From: Fistulifera solaris
Taxonomy: Eukaryota
Length of the DNA: 64,000 bases
Assembly: GCA_030295235.1 (NCBI GenBank)
Contig: AP026129.1
Span: 62,001-126,000 of the forward strand
Reading direction: 5' to 3'
The notes beneath the pieces were generated by a model. The model did not search any database. It was not told the DNA's origin and worked only from the letters and a program-made list of their open reading frames with translations. Each line of letters begins with the position of its first letter. Within the stretch, counting starts at the first letter, position 1. Shown piece by piece: positions 1 through 13,724 of this stretch. A program made the position numbers and the translations under genes.

Positions 1-3000
1 CTTCTGAGCTTCGCAAAGCGCTCCCACCGGACCCCATAACAGTAGGACTCTCTTGATTCAAATCAATGCTAAAAGGTTCACGGCAGCACGGACAGGGAGT
101 GCTCATTTCTCCGCCAGCGCCACTAATATAGTCCACAACACATGTGCGACAAAAAGCAGCTTTACAACACGAACTAGAGACACCATCCGTGGGTGGTTCA
201 TGGCAGATTTCGCAGTCAACAGAGTCAAGAACGGTTGGAGAGGAAGCTGAAAGAGCTGCGTGTGCATGGCGTGTCTTTGAGTGCACAATCAAATAAGGGT
301 GATTTACAGCTTGACGCATCTTGGTTAGCAAGTCCTTTTTATTTATACAAAGTGTGAGAAACTTCAATAGCGAAGCGAAAAATGCTCAAGTCCAGTACTT
401 ACGAAGATATGGGCGTAGTTGTTCAAAAGCGTTCCTTCTGCCACGTAATCATCAAAGCTAGATTTCGTCTGAGTGTACAATGCATTGTAAAAGTCTTCTT
501 CAATCGGATGCAGACGGATACTTCTCAGTGTTACAAGCCGTGGTGGCAACTCAAGGTCTGCTGCCTTCGTCTCCTTCGTGCGTCGGAGTAAGCCTGCGCA
601 AAATTACAAGAGTAAGACTACCAAGATGACGACGTCGAAAACTCAAAATGGAATATGACCTTACATTTGTCCAGGACGTCGTTTTTCAGCGTAAACATAG
701 CTCTGCGACCATCTCCACTGTAACCATCCCGTTGGATAGGATTCAAGACATACTTGTTAAAATGAGCAAAGTGGGAAAACGAACGGTGACCACAGTCTTG
801 GCAAATACCATTTGCCATCCGATAGTGCAGTGACCTGCATGTGCAGTCTTTTGACGGCAAAAATAATACGCCATAGGTTCGATGCGTAAAAATCGAATTA
901 GCGAATAAAGCTCCCCAACGCGGTTTTGCAAAGGTGTCCCTGAGAGGCACCATCGATGGATCGCTGTCAAAGCAAAAGCAGCAGCACTACGCAGCCAAAG
1001 CCGTGAGAAGTGATAGCTTGTCAAACAATAAGATAATCATTTCACTTACGAAGTTTGACTAGCCCGTGATTTGATCATGTGCGCCTCGTCAAGAACTATT
1101 CTCCACCAGCAGAAAGAGTGTAGAACACTCATTCTCGATCCTGCGATGGCTTGATTGATCAAGTCATCCATATCAATTCCATCCATTGGATCAACAGAAT
1201 CAGCACCGTCAGACCTATCACTGGAACTTTCCTCGTCAAATTTCTTTTTGCCTTGCCCCTTGGTAGCCTTTTTTTTGGGTCATTTTCTTTTTACCCTTTC
1301 CTTTCGAAATCTTCTTCAGTGCCTGCTTCTGTTTTTCCAAAGCTCGTTCAACCGCCTCGTCCTTTACTTTACGTTTCAAGAAGTGTTTCGAGGCAGTGAT
1401 AGGTGGGTCAACTGTGTCGGAGTCAGAATCCGCCGAGAAAACATCCTCATTACTACTGAACGTGCTCTGCTCCGAACTATCTGAATCCTTCTTCGCTCCG
1501 TTGCTCCATTCTTTCATAGAGCCTTTCATTTTCCTGGCCGCTTTGATGGCTGCCGATCGTGAGGGTCTAACCGGAGAATCATCTATCAAGGCATCCTGAA
1601 TAGACACTTCGCTTTCTGAATCGTAATCAGGTGTCGCGTGGAGTTTGACAGATTTAGATGCTTTGGTTAAAGGTAGCCTCGACTGCGGAGCCTTGGCATC
1701 TTTGGTGTTCGACTTTGGCTTCTTACTGGAATTGTCACCACGGTTAGGGCGACGATCTAGTTCTGCCGTTCGGCGTTGTCGGGCTTGTGCTTCCGTTCGT
1801 CGCGCATTTTCTCCGCAAAAATACTTGAGATGAATCTTCAGTTTGCTGATTTTGAATTTCCCGCCACAGTTTGGACAAGCGACTTTGTTGGGAGACATCA
1901 TCTTGCGATAATCTTGTTCAAGCACTTGATAAGTGGTCAGAACAACATCATACTTGTGCATCATATCAAGAGGCATTTCCGAACTTCGCTTGGGACCGTG
2001 ATAGATACCCACCGTCAGTCCAGCCTCGCTATCAGTAAACTTCTCCAACTCGGATTTCCATTGCGACAACGCTACTACTGGACAAACAACAAGTGTCCCT
2101 GCTCGAGTGCCACCCTTTTACCCTTGGGACGCGCCTTTTCTGGAACATTGTTCATGTCCATTTCGTGTTTCCATTCCTCCAAAGCTTTAGCCCACAACGC
2201 CTCCTCAGCTTGCCGTTTCTCAAGATCCGGTGAAGACGGCGGGTGCTTCACTCCAGGTGACGAATGTTGCAATATAGGCCTATTATCCAGCATCGAAACA
2301 ATGGTCTGAAGTGTTTTTCCCTGTAGGGTCGATGTTAGAGAGAAAGTCGTCATCCTGAAGAGAGAGCTAGAGTTCGACGTACCATGCCCATTTCATCCGC
2401 CAAAATACCACCTCGAATTTCTGGAGTATTCACTTCTTGACAGTACATCCAGGAAGCACCTTCGACTTGAAAGGGCAAGAGCGATGCGGTGAGACCTTTG
2501 GGTGGGTCACGAATCTCGCCCGAAAACGATTCTTGAACCAACTCATCGGGTTGTAGTTCTTCTTCCTCCTGTTTCATCTCCTTCAAACTCTCTTCAATCC
2601 TCGCTGAAAGAGCCTCTTGGTCTTTAACTTTCAATGATTGCCATCCTCCCACATCTTGCAGCGTCTGCACATTCGAATCAAAGATAGCACACTCTAAATG
2701 ACGGTAGACTCGAAAACCCGGCTTTCCGCGAAACAGTGGCACATGCGAAACTCGAACTGCGTTTCGTGCAATGACTTCGTCGCATCGACGACAAGTAGCA
2801 CGACCGCTCGGTGAGTATTCGACGGTAAAGAATTTCTCTTCCGGGTCAATTTCATTGACTTGCTGAATGTCTTCGTCCTCACTCGCGTTCTCTTCCTCCA
2901 TGTCGCTGGCGCTGCTATCCGAATCTGGATGAACAATGAGGAGTGGCTTTTTGTAGCAGCTTTTTTCTTGGGCTTCTTGACAGCCACAGCGGGTATTTCG

Positions 3001-3431
3001 TCAACGTCCTCCGCAATTTGAACTTCTACCTTTCCTTTAGTGCGCTTCCGTTTAGCGGCAGGGTTGCGATCCGATAAATCGATTTCCGCTTCTTTCATTG
3101 CCTCCAATGGAAAAGGAGAAGGTGTAACACTGTGACGGGAAGGTGTAGGAAGTGGCGTCTCGTGCGAAGAAGCGAGAGGGAAGCGCGATCGTGTGTTTCT
3201 TCTCGGAGGCAAATCTGGAATATCTTTGCAAATTTCTCCTTGTTCGGGTTTCCATGCTTCGATTTCCGTACGCCGATAAACATCTTTGTAGCCAGAGACC
3301 TTTGCCTTGACTAGAACACCATCCATTGTACCATCTTCTAGCTCACAATATAACTGCAATACCGTCCCTACCTCGCGCATCCCATTGGCGATAGGAACAA
3401 GGACCAAATCGCCTACTTGCAGTGCTGACAT
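1..3431 (-). CDS. RAD16: RAD16-like SNF2-family DNA repair helicase with N-terminal PARP-type zinc finger (multi-exon, frameshifted, 3' end beyond window)
   Basis: ORF pieces give PARP zinc finger ([14 protein letters not shown]...YRHLEC), SNF2 motifs [16 protein letters not shown] (intron ~2382-2322), [31 protein letters not shown] and [15 protein letters not shown] typical of Rad16. ATG at 3431. Confidence 0.85.
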
Positions 3432-4104
3432 CTTTCGGCTCGCTCCTCTCCTATTTCTTGGATAACCTTGATGATGATGATGATTCTTGCAATTGCTGCT
3501 GTCTCGAAATACAATGTGTTGATGCTTCGTTTCTTCTTTCCGATCGTACAAAAATGAAATGACATCTTTTTCGGTACTGATAATTGGCTTCCATGCGAAA
3601 GAGGTCCGGAGAAGATGAAAAAAAGCAACGCCATTCCTTCTGGAGTTCCAGGTCACCCCAATTCGTGAATGGACTGAATTTTACAAGAGGTGGCGGGCGT
3701 TCTCCTGATACAAAAGTGTAAGGAGTCTTGTGGGGAACGACCGCCCCAACTTTGCGGGCTCATATAAATAGAATGAATTCGTGAGAAAACGTTACAATAC
3801 CGTTTCCAACGATCATTACATACAGGGCGAAGATCCAGGATGATGATATACGTACAAGTAGCAGTCGACGATTGTTATATCGGGGTCACTCCAAACTCCA
3901 AACAAGGAGCACTTGTGCTATCATCGACGGAATGCGACTGAATTGTTGATTCAATCTTCGGCACATCCATTGAAAGCGTTTGATTGACGACTCTTACTAG
4001 ATTGTAATACTCTATCTCTCTCTCTCTCCTTTTTCTTTTGAAATTCCAAATGATGGATAATAGTTCGTAGTAGTGTCACAAACGGGGGAAACATTCGTTC
4101 GTCT

Positions 4105-4128
4105 ATTCATTCATTCATTCATTCATTC
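4105..4128. repeat. (ATTC)6 microsatellite
   Basis: Six perfect ATTC copies about 50 bp upstream of the ATG at 4177. Confidence 0.9.
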
Positions 4129-4176
4129 AAAGAGTTCTTTTGCAAACAAAACGAAATATCCAAAGAATATTTCATC

Positions 4177-7100
4177 ATGTCAAATAATCAGCAAGGACTT
4201 ATAAAGAAGCTTTTGCTTCCTACTTTTACGGATGCTGGATCGAATGAAACATTTCAACAATCCACATATCCGGCAGCCGATGACACACACTCAGAAGCGA
4301 GCACAGCTGTACACGACAATCGATCACACGTGAAAAGACAGTTTCATTCGCCTGCCCATCGGCCTCTAAACGCGAATCATCCGCCGCCTTTTTTTTGCTT
4401 CTACACGACCCGTTTCCATCAAACAACATGCTAGTGAAGTAGAGACGCTGTCAGAGGCCCCAGAACGACAACCTTTTGGAAGTGCGAGGACTTTATCGAC
4501 AGTGGCTCTCGCGAGGGGTATCAGTGCTTCCTCGACAGATGAAAGAGTCGGGTTAGGCGATAATTCTGATACAGATCAAATTGCTAGTGCTGATTCAGTT
4601 TCAGCGGATCAGCGTGCCGAGAAATTACATGTAGAAGGAGGCGGCGAAACAGAACACAATCAACGACGGGATGTCAGAACTGAGACTCATTCGGAAAAGG
4701 TCGAGGAAGTGCAATGGGAAGAGGAAGCCACTCCAGAACAGACTGCATTTGGGAAGCAACTACTCTTTGCGAAGAAAGATCCAACCGCTATGTCAGATGT
4801 GTTGTCGACTGCATCGGAAATGGGAACAATCATTGAATACAGCGATAAACTTGCGGAATTAGAGAATATGGAGTTCCATTCGCCATCCCCTCTCAGAACA
4901 TACAGGGAAAAACAAGAAACTCATTCTTCTAGAGACACTTTGGAGAGAAGGACGGAAATATCGGATATTTCAATGCCTGTTTTGGATGAAGTTATCAATA
5001 AAACAAACAGAGACTCGGAATACGATGAAAAGAAGGGATCAGAACAAGGGGAGGACATTATTCACAAATTCAAATCATCGCACACAACTTCTACATTGCT
5101 ATCAAACGCCTTCAAACGGATCGGTACAGGGATTGCTCATGGAAGTCGTGTCGTAATGTCAGCCCCAACCACACCATTGGGTGCATCAAGAATGGCGCAT
5201 TCCACATCGCCGCAGTTCAAAACTTCCAACGCTGACATGCATCTGTCTTCTGAAAGAGGAGGAGCCGTCACTGGAACACCTTCATCATTTTTACTTCGTT
5301 CGCCCGGCTCGAAAGCTTTCGAGCTCGCATCGTCACAGCCACGCGATTTGCTGCGAAAGCGATTCTCATCCCGCAATCCAGGACAGTCGGCAGGTAGCCG
5401 TATAGACGAGCATCAACCAACGGAAATCATGCGAAGACCACATCAGACGGCTTTTCAAATTGCGCGTTCCTGTTTTTCGTATGATGCCTATGACAGTGCG
5501 ATGGATGATATGTTCGAAGTATCGGCCACGGAAACGGATAATGATTTTATGCCAGCATCCTACGGTAGTGTTCGACATCCAACTCAATTGGAACATCCCC
5601 CCATAATAAGGGCAAGTGCGAGTTGGGATGCAGCTGGTGTATCTCAAGTCCGATCCGTACGATTCAGGCAGAGTACCCAGAAGTGGAGACAGGAGTTGTG
5701 GGACGCTGATTCGATTGAATCTATAGGTTGGAAAGAGTTCCGTGCCATAAAGTTCAAAGACCATTCAGAGTCTGCATCAAACGATCACGACGTGGCCAGC
5801 TTTTCACAGGACATAGAATTGGAACAAGAAGACGCTATAAACATTCTCGCTTGTCTTGTCGAACGTGGGGTATCACTGAAAGATAGAGAAGGGCGATCAG
5901 CGAGTAATCGAGGAATTGATGGGCCAGTGGAAGATAACACCATACTGGAGCTAGGTGCAGAAAATATAACAAAATCGATTTCTCTCTCGGGAGTAGATGA
6001 GCTTCGAGATATGGTATTGGCGAGCAACACCGGAGAAAACAGCCTTTCATTTGAACGGCGCCTTGTCGCGTTTGATGAATTATTACGGTCGCACGAATAT
6101 GCCCAAGAAATGCGTCGCGCGTCGGAATCTGCTTTGACATGGCTTAAGACAGTCGATTACTCTACCAGGCCAAAGATGCGACAACCAAGTCAGTCCAAAG
6201 GACAAAGTGTCATGGAAAGCGAGTTAAAAAATTTACCAGAAGGCTTAGATCTTACTACTGCGAAAGCTTTGCTACGCTCGAGTCAATTAAAAGTAAAAGA
6301 AAAGTGTGATCTGGCTGACAAATTGAATGAAGAACTCGCAAAGTGCCGTGCTGAAATCGGTCGATTGCGGAGTTCATCTCAGGCCACTACCACTTTCAAA
6401 TCCCCCGACCGCTCGATCTTAGACGAAAGCGAAGATGCACTCCCGGAGGACGACACCAGCCAGAACAAGTCGTTTGATACTGCCAGCACGCCAATTGTTG
6501 CTGTCGACGATAGTGGATTTGTGGAAGCGTCCTTTCTAATGAATGAATATGACCCTCCTGGTGCGCTGTTTCCTGATCAGAGAATTTCCACAGCTGAGGG
6601 TGCTTCCATGGCCATGTATCAGAAAGCGCTGGATGACGCAAATGAACAAATTCGTAAGCTCCAAGCACAGCTGCATGACGCAATCAATAGTGGGAGTAAC
6701 GGCTATGTGCCATCTTTTGATAATAAGGGAATAATGTTTCAATTGCGTGAACCGTCGGCGGAACAGTCCCAAAACAAGTCGGTCGTCGATGAAGAAAATT
6801 ATGAGACTGACTGGAGCCAGCTCAGTTCTGGACTGCCGCCACCTCCTGATCATGATTTGCACAATCCAATTGTAAATGCCGTTCTCGAACAATGGTCGAA
6901 TGATCCAGGACTGCACCATCACCTCCTGGATTGGATGGAGGCGGTCCTTGAAGGAGGAGATGCAGCTATTATTCCGCCCTTGATGATTTCCAATTTAGAG
7001 GCGCACGTTCGTGATGGATTTGTCATGCATGTTTTACCTCAGCTTTTACGGCGCGCCGACATTCGCGTCGACGTACAAACTCGAACACGGCGTGTTACCG

Positions 7101-7855
7101 CCCATGATCTATCTGTTACAGTAGAACCCAGTGACCCATTTCGCTCAAAGCAGTCTGTGTTTGTCGACGATGATGTAGGCAGCACCACGCACAGCACCAC
7201 GACATCTATTACAGGAAATACACTTTTAGCGAGGAAAAGAACCGGATCGATCGGAGGTGCCAAGCGACCAACCCATTATGACGGAATTTCCAGAGTATCG
7301 TACGATGAAATCGCAGAGGATGGGATTGGTGCCGACCAGCCGCTTGGTCTCATGAGTGCATTAGGCGGTGCACTTGGTGGTCTATTGGCGCGTCGAAGAC
7401 CGCAGCATTTGTCTGGTTTGCCGGATGGTCCCGGTTCGCCGCTGGATGTTTCTCCTTCGGCACAAAGCGCCGCCGTGCATGTAGCTGCTGCGGCCGAAGC
7501 GTTCGGTTCCAACCAAGGCAAGACGGTCTTTCTCGACGAAGGCTCGGAGTATGATCAACCATACCACCGCGTAGTCTCGGCACCAGCCGGACGCATCGGG
7601 GTAACCTTTGTACAGTATCGTGGTCATGCCATGGTGAGCGACGTCGCTCCTGATAGTCCATTAGCTGGATGGATCTTTCCATCTGACATTTTAATCGCCA
7701 TCGACGAACTCCCAGTGAGTGGTATGCCAGTCCGTGACATAATCAAAGTTCTGATGGACCGGAAACAGAAGCAAAGAGCACTTCGTGTGATTAGTAGCCA
7801 CGCCATGAACGAATTGTCGTTGAATACTAGTCTAATGATGGATGCGGGAAATTAA
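4177..7855 (+). CDS. Large coiled-coil protein with C-terminal PDZ-like domain
   Basis: 1117-aa ORF 4502-7855 joins the 4177 ATG ORF if one base is corrected in the poly-T at ~4389-4396. C-terminus VSAPAGRIGVTF...VSDVAPDSPLAGWIFPSDILIAID is PDZ-like. Confidence 0.75.
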
Positions 7856-7990
7856 TCTTTTGTGACAAAATACGGCTGATGTTTCATCTGACCCTATCTA
7901 GTTATAACAAATAGTAATTGTTGATGTCACGAACGTTGAGGACTGTTTTCCTCTCAATATCTCTTTTCATACAAACTAAAGTCATCCGAT

Positions 7991-8789
<799 letters not shown>

Positions 8790-9032
8790 TTACTTAAGCA
8801 ATTCGATCTAAGATAAAACTGAATGGATAGGAAAGGTAGAAAGGTAAGGAAATAAGAATAACAACGTCATGTTCGATTGCAACGGGCGAGCCCAATGTAA
8901 AACACGACACATACAAGTACGACATGAGCGAACGAAGAATTCAGGAGACCAACATACTACATTTCTCATAGTAATGAAACGATAACCGCTAAGATGGGGA
9001 TCCAACAATGTAAGCAGAGTCAAAAACTTTCC

Positions 9033-9055
9033 GGGACTGAATTTTGTTGAGTCGG
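9033..9055 (-). promoter_or_regulatory. Recurrent dyad element CCGACTCA-N6-TTCAGTCCC
   Basis: One of six similar intergenic copies, ~250 bp upstream of the Rab2 ATG. Function is inferred. Confidence 0.5.
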
Positions 9056-9265
9056 AAATTTGTTGGGTGCTGTTGGGTGCTCTTTGTGTCACCGTAAACA
9101 TTCATACCTTGTTTTTGTTGTTACATGCAATTCACACAAAGCATTCCTTCGACATCGTCACGATTCATGACACGGACGAAAAGATGGTTAATGGTTACAC
9201 TAGTTAGAATTGACTACCTGTTCAAAAATAGTTCCCACCCTGTTTAAATGCAATGAGTTTCTTCC

Positions 9266-9289
9266 GGGACTGATGATCAAATGAGTCGG
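9266..9289 (-). promoter_or_regulatory. Recurrent dyad element CCGACTCA-N8-TCAGTCCC
   Basis: Second copy in the Rab2/M16 divergent intergenic region. Confidence 0.5.
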
Positions 9290-9498
9290 GCTATTTTGTC
9301 TTACTGTAAAAATTTGCAACCCTAACCTTTGCGGCTAACCGCATTCATAATGAGCACGCTTTTAGCACACCAGAAGCACGGGATGAGAAAAATGAAAAGA
9401 AAAGCATCGAGAAAATGAAAGCAAAGTGATCTCGTGGTTAGTGGTGAACAATTTAAGTGTGCTTCATGAGATAAAATGATCTTCTCGCTCGTCGTTTG

Positions 9499-12335
9499 AT
9501 GAATATGAGAATAGTAAGAGTTCTTACTGTTGCTGCCTTTTGTCATTTCCACGCGAAACAAGCGTTGCAGTCGCTACATGCCAAGAATCATCAACATTTC
9601 GACGATAAGGATTTTCTTGCTCCGCACCAAAATTCTTCCCTCATCCATTCTTCACAACTGAATCAGCAATCAACATATTCTCTGCTACCATCGGATGCAC
9701 ATATCAATCGACGTCAACTCCTTCACGGAGCTTCTACCGCATTCTTCATAAACACGCTACTTCAAGAAAGCGCTGCGGCTGCCGATTCGCGAATCACTAC
9801 TTCTTACCCAGCCGACATCATCCCTTATTCTTCCGTACGCCGTTACAAAACTTTTACTCTATCCAATGGTTTGCGCGTACTCCTCGTGAGCGATCGCACC
9901 GCGCCTCGGGCTTCCGCTTGCTTGACAGTTTCGGGTGCTGGACAATTCGATGAGCCGCCAGATTTACCCGGGCTGGCTCATTTGATGGAACACATGATAC
10001 TAAGCTTTAACTCAAAGAGTACCTTCCGAACGTCTCGAGACTTTGAAGAATGGCTTGGTGATAACGAAGGAGCATCGAACGCGTTCACGGCATACGAGCA
10101 CGTCTGCTTTCATTTTTCGTGTCCTGAAAATGTCTTGGCGGAAGCATTGCAACGGTTCTCGGGACTTTTCTTAGCACAGGATGTAGAGCAAATATGTCGG
10201 GATGAAGCAACACTGCGACGGGAAATCCGTAGAGTTGACTCGGAACTGGATTTTGACAACATCAATGAACAGGTCTTTTATTTGACCAAGCAGTTTGTCA
10301 ACGTGGAGCATCCTTATTCGCGTTTTCTACGAGGAAGTCTGGAAACGCTCGAAACGATTCCAAAGGCAAAAGGAATTGATGTGGGTAGTCGATTGATATC
10401 CTTTTTCCGGCAAAAATATTTACCATCTGAGGCAGTTCTTGTTATTGTTAGCAACGCGGACACGTTTCTACTTGAACGATTGTGCAGTCCCTTAAATTAT
10501 ATACTCTCTCGCAACAAGCCATCCAAGAAACCTCCCGCTCGATATTATCCAGGCACCTTTCTGGAAGGCTCTCGGTATAAACATGTTGTGTTATCTCGGC
10601 CGAACGGAGATTCTGATCATGAACGAATCACAATGCAATGGAACCTCAACCTCGACTATCGCAGTCAACGAGTAACCGCCACACAAATTTGTTTCATCTT
10701 GGCGCAAATCTTGGGTCGGAAAGGACCGGGAAGCTTGTATCTGTATTTGCTTCGTCGAGGATGGATACCAAGCACTGGAACCGCTGGTATTCCTCGTATA
10801 TCTTTGCCGCTCGATGTAGCCGGAATGCAAATCATCCGTTTGGACATTGACTTGACATTGGAAGGGGCTATTCGTCGATCGGCTGTTGTGGAAGCTTTTA
10901 CGACAGTTTCGAACCACTACGATCATCGGGCGGTGAGTTCTCGTTACCTCGGGAGCTCGTGCAGCAATATGCTTCAGTCGCTAAATTGCACGGCTATTAT
11001 TTGGCGCCTCGGGCCCCCGACGCTATTGAGCTGGCCGTGGACGCCCTTCGATATGGTCTGGGACCTAATGGAGTGAGTACAGGTCGGTGGATTCGCTTTG
11101 CTGATTCATCGAATGAAATTCGAGCATTGCAGCGAGAAGTGTCAACAACACTTTCCAGAATCATGAACCCGAATAAGGCTGTAATCATTGCTACGGCCAG
11201 TCCTGCTGTCCTGGCTGCATCATTTCTGAAGAATGACGATACGGCGCTACTGTCATCACCACTAGGAGCACGGCCTTCTCTCCAATGGAGAAAAGAACCT
11301 GTATCCGGCGCAGCATTTTTATTCGACGACATGTTGAAATCGTCCACACGCCTGGAAAAACAAGTATTGAAAAGGATTGTAAATCGGGATGAGTTATTGC
11401 CGCCATTTGTCAATCCACTCGTACCCGCCAAGATCGAACCAGCGCGCGCCCTTCGCCAGGGCAACGGATGGGTTAACTCCAATGAATTGGTTCTCCGACC
11501 AAACTATCGAGAAAGGGATTTAAGTGGTCTCTTGCTAAAAAGAAAATCCTTTTCATCACAGGTTATCAAATACAACAAGGCAAATAATTGGTCTATTTTA
11601 GAACCTTATCCCGGTCAATATGGATTATTGCTACCCCGTGGTCCTCCTGAGCCTACCTGCCGCTGTGCCTTTGTGGTTGAGTTTTTGTCGCCACGTCCAG
11701 CACGAGCCGATGCTCGCCAAGCAGCTCATGCGCAATTGTGGCTCGAATCGTTTGAAAGCATTTCCATGAAAGACCTTGCCGAACTCGGTGCAATTGGTGG
11801 CTTGGCCTTTGATTTGAGTTTCAATCCGTATGGGCTACGTTTGTGTGTGTTAGGCATCCGTCGGACATTGCCCTCGTACACGCGTCGGTTGGTGCGGAAA
11901 CTAGTAGACCACTCGCTGGAGTTGTTGCGAGGACCTGAATATTTTCCGTCGAGTTTAACGGCTTCTACGGTCCAGAGTGCGCAACGTGCTCGTAATTTAT
12001 CTCCGCGACGCCGTCGTGTCATAACAAGTAATTTACGTCGATCTACGGCCTACGAAGCCGCAGCCGAAGGAGTAACCTTTCTACGCTCATGTCAAGGGGG
12101 CGTATGCTTCGCGCAAGGCGATCTATCGTCTGAAGAAGTATCGGAACTGCTGCAAGATCTTCAAACCATTCTGGAGCCCGCACTAAATCCTCGAACCAGT
12201 CGAAGCAGTGTCTCGGCCATTCCCAGCATTGATGATTTGCTGTATCGACCCAACTGGAAGCCTCGAACGTTGCTTTCGTGTTCGATTCCGGGGGTTGTGT
12301 TAGTGAGTGATGCATGTGGTCGTGTGAAGCGTTAA
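9499..12335 (+). CDS. M16 (insulinase/pitrilysin) family metallopeptidase with targeting presequence
   Basis: TLSNGLRVLLVSD, GLAHLMEHM (HxxEH) and SNAFT motifs. Two ORFs (9496-11076, 10959-12335) joined by a probable indel at ~10900. Confidence 0.85.
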
Positions 12336-12339
12336 TTAC

Positions 12340-13086
12340 TTATTTACCACGGAGACCGTTGATCTCTTCTCGAGAAAGAGCACGTTTTTGTGCCAGCTCT
12401 CGAGCACGCTTCCGCATAACTTTCGCGGCTTCACGAATTGCCGCCGTCTCTTGCGTCAATCGGAGCAGCCGTGCTTGACGATCCTGTGACGAAAGAACGC
12501 TGACCTGTTCTTGTTGGTTCCCGGATGCCAGTGTTTCTGACCACGGAATGCTTTCCTTACAACCCAAATTGCTATCAATTTGAACCGATTCAATCCGCGG
12601 GCGTTTGTTTTTGGGTGTTTCAGCCAGTCGAGTCACCAAGTCAACTTCGGCAGCTTCCATTGCACTCTTTAAAGCTAGAAAATCTTGATGAACAGCATCC
12701 CATACTTTATTAGTCTTTTCTTGCAATTGAATAATCTTCTTCGTTCGTGTAGGTTGTGCATCAATCGTCTCATGTTGAATAGCAGCATTTTTGAATGCCA
12801 AATTTCGTGTCTTCCGGTTAAAGAAAAGAAAGAAATCTTTTAATTTCTGCACATCTTTTGTGGAGTTGTGTGACTGCTGAATACGAATCGGTTGTTTTGG
12901 TCCAATAGACGACTCTACGCGCTTCAAAATTTCATCGTATCGTTGTAAAATGGTTGTTTCCGGATCGAGAGGAGATGATGATTTTCTGTCGGTGTTGTCG
13001 CTGCCTTGTTCCTTCTGTTCTACTTGTGAAGCAACCGAGCTTGAACGATTACGCACGCGATAAATAGCAGGACGATTGGGAGACAT
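12340..13086 (-). CDS. Hypothetical coiled-coil protein
   Basis: 248-aa ATG-initiated ORF filling the space between neighbouring genes; no recognisable motif. Confidence 0.6.
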   Translation of the reverse strand: MSPNRPAIYRVRNRSSSVASQVEQKEQGSDNTDRKSSSPLDPETTILQRYDEILKRVESSIGPKQPIRIQQSHNSTKDVQKLKDFFLFFNRKTRNLAFKNAAIQHETIDAQPTRTKKIIQLQEKTNKVWDAVHQDFLALKSAMEAAEVDLVTRLAETPKNKRPRIESVQIDSNLGCKESIPWSETLASGNQQEQVSVLSSQDRQARLLRLTQETAAIREAAKVMRKRARELAQKRALSREEINGLRGK

Positions 13087-13251
13087 TGCGTTCGTTCGAT
13101 CAATTGAATGAATAAACTAGTAAACAAGTAAGGCATTTGTTGCTGCGGTAAGTTCATTGTTTTTTTTTGTAAGCGCTAAAAAAAAAGAGTCTCAACGAGG
13201 ACGCATGTTATGCTTCATTAAGGTTAATGGGAAGAAGATAGAGGGTTCTCC

Positions 13252-13273
13252 TGCGTGACCGGAATGCAGTCGT
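13252..13273 (-). promoter_or_regulatory. Recurrent dyad element ACGACTGCATTCCGGTCACGCA
   Basis: Exact 22-bp reverse-complement match to 32019-32040; ~170 bp upstream of the 13086 ATG. Confidence 0.5.
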
Positions 13274-13724
13274 TGCGGTCGTCCAAGTAAAATTGGAAAG
13301 ACACGATCTGCAACGATGATTCAACCAAAAATAAGTTGAGCCATTTAACCGGAGATCACTCATTACACAGAAAGGAGAAAGATCAAAAAGCTGCTCATTG
13401 ATGGGTAATGCATGTAACTTTGCAAGTCATGACTCAAAACAACTCATGACTGTAGTTTCGATTTTTTGATTGTTGTGCGACAGAAACAAATTTAGTACCT
13501 ACAAAGTAGCTGCTCTAGAGTAGAGTCCACTTCACTCGATAAAATGACACGACAAGAAAAAAATCGAAATCAAAATTTACGCAACGATGAGAATGCGAAG
13601 AATAATAATCGATCAAGTTCGTCCTTGACCAGTATTTTATCAACCAATCGTCGTCATTATACACGAACAGATGCACAAATCACAATTGAAACGAATAGCA
13701 ATCGAATTAACTGCGTAAAGAAAC

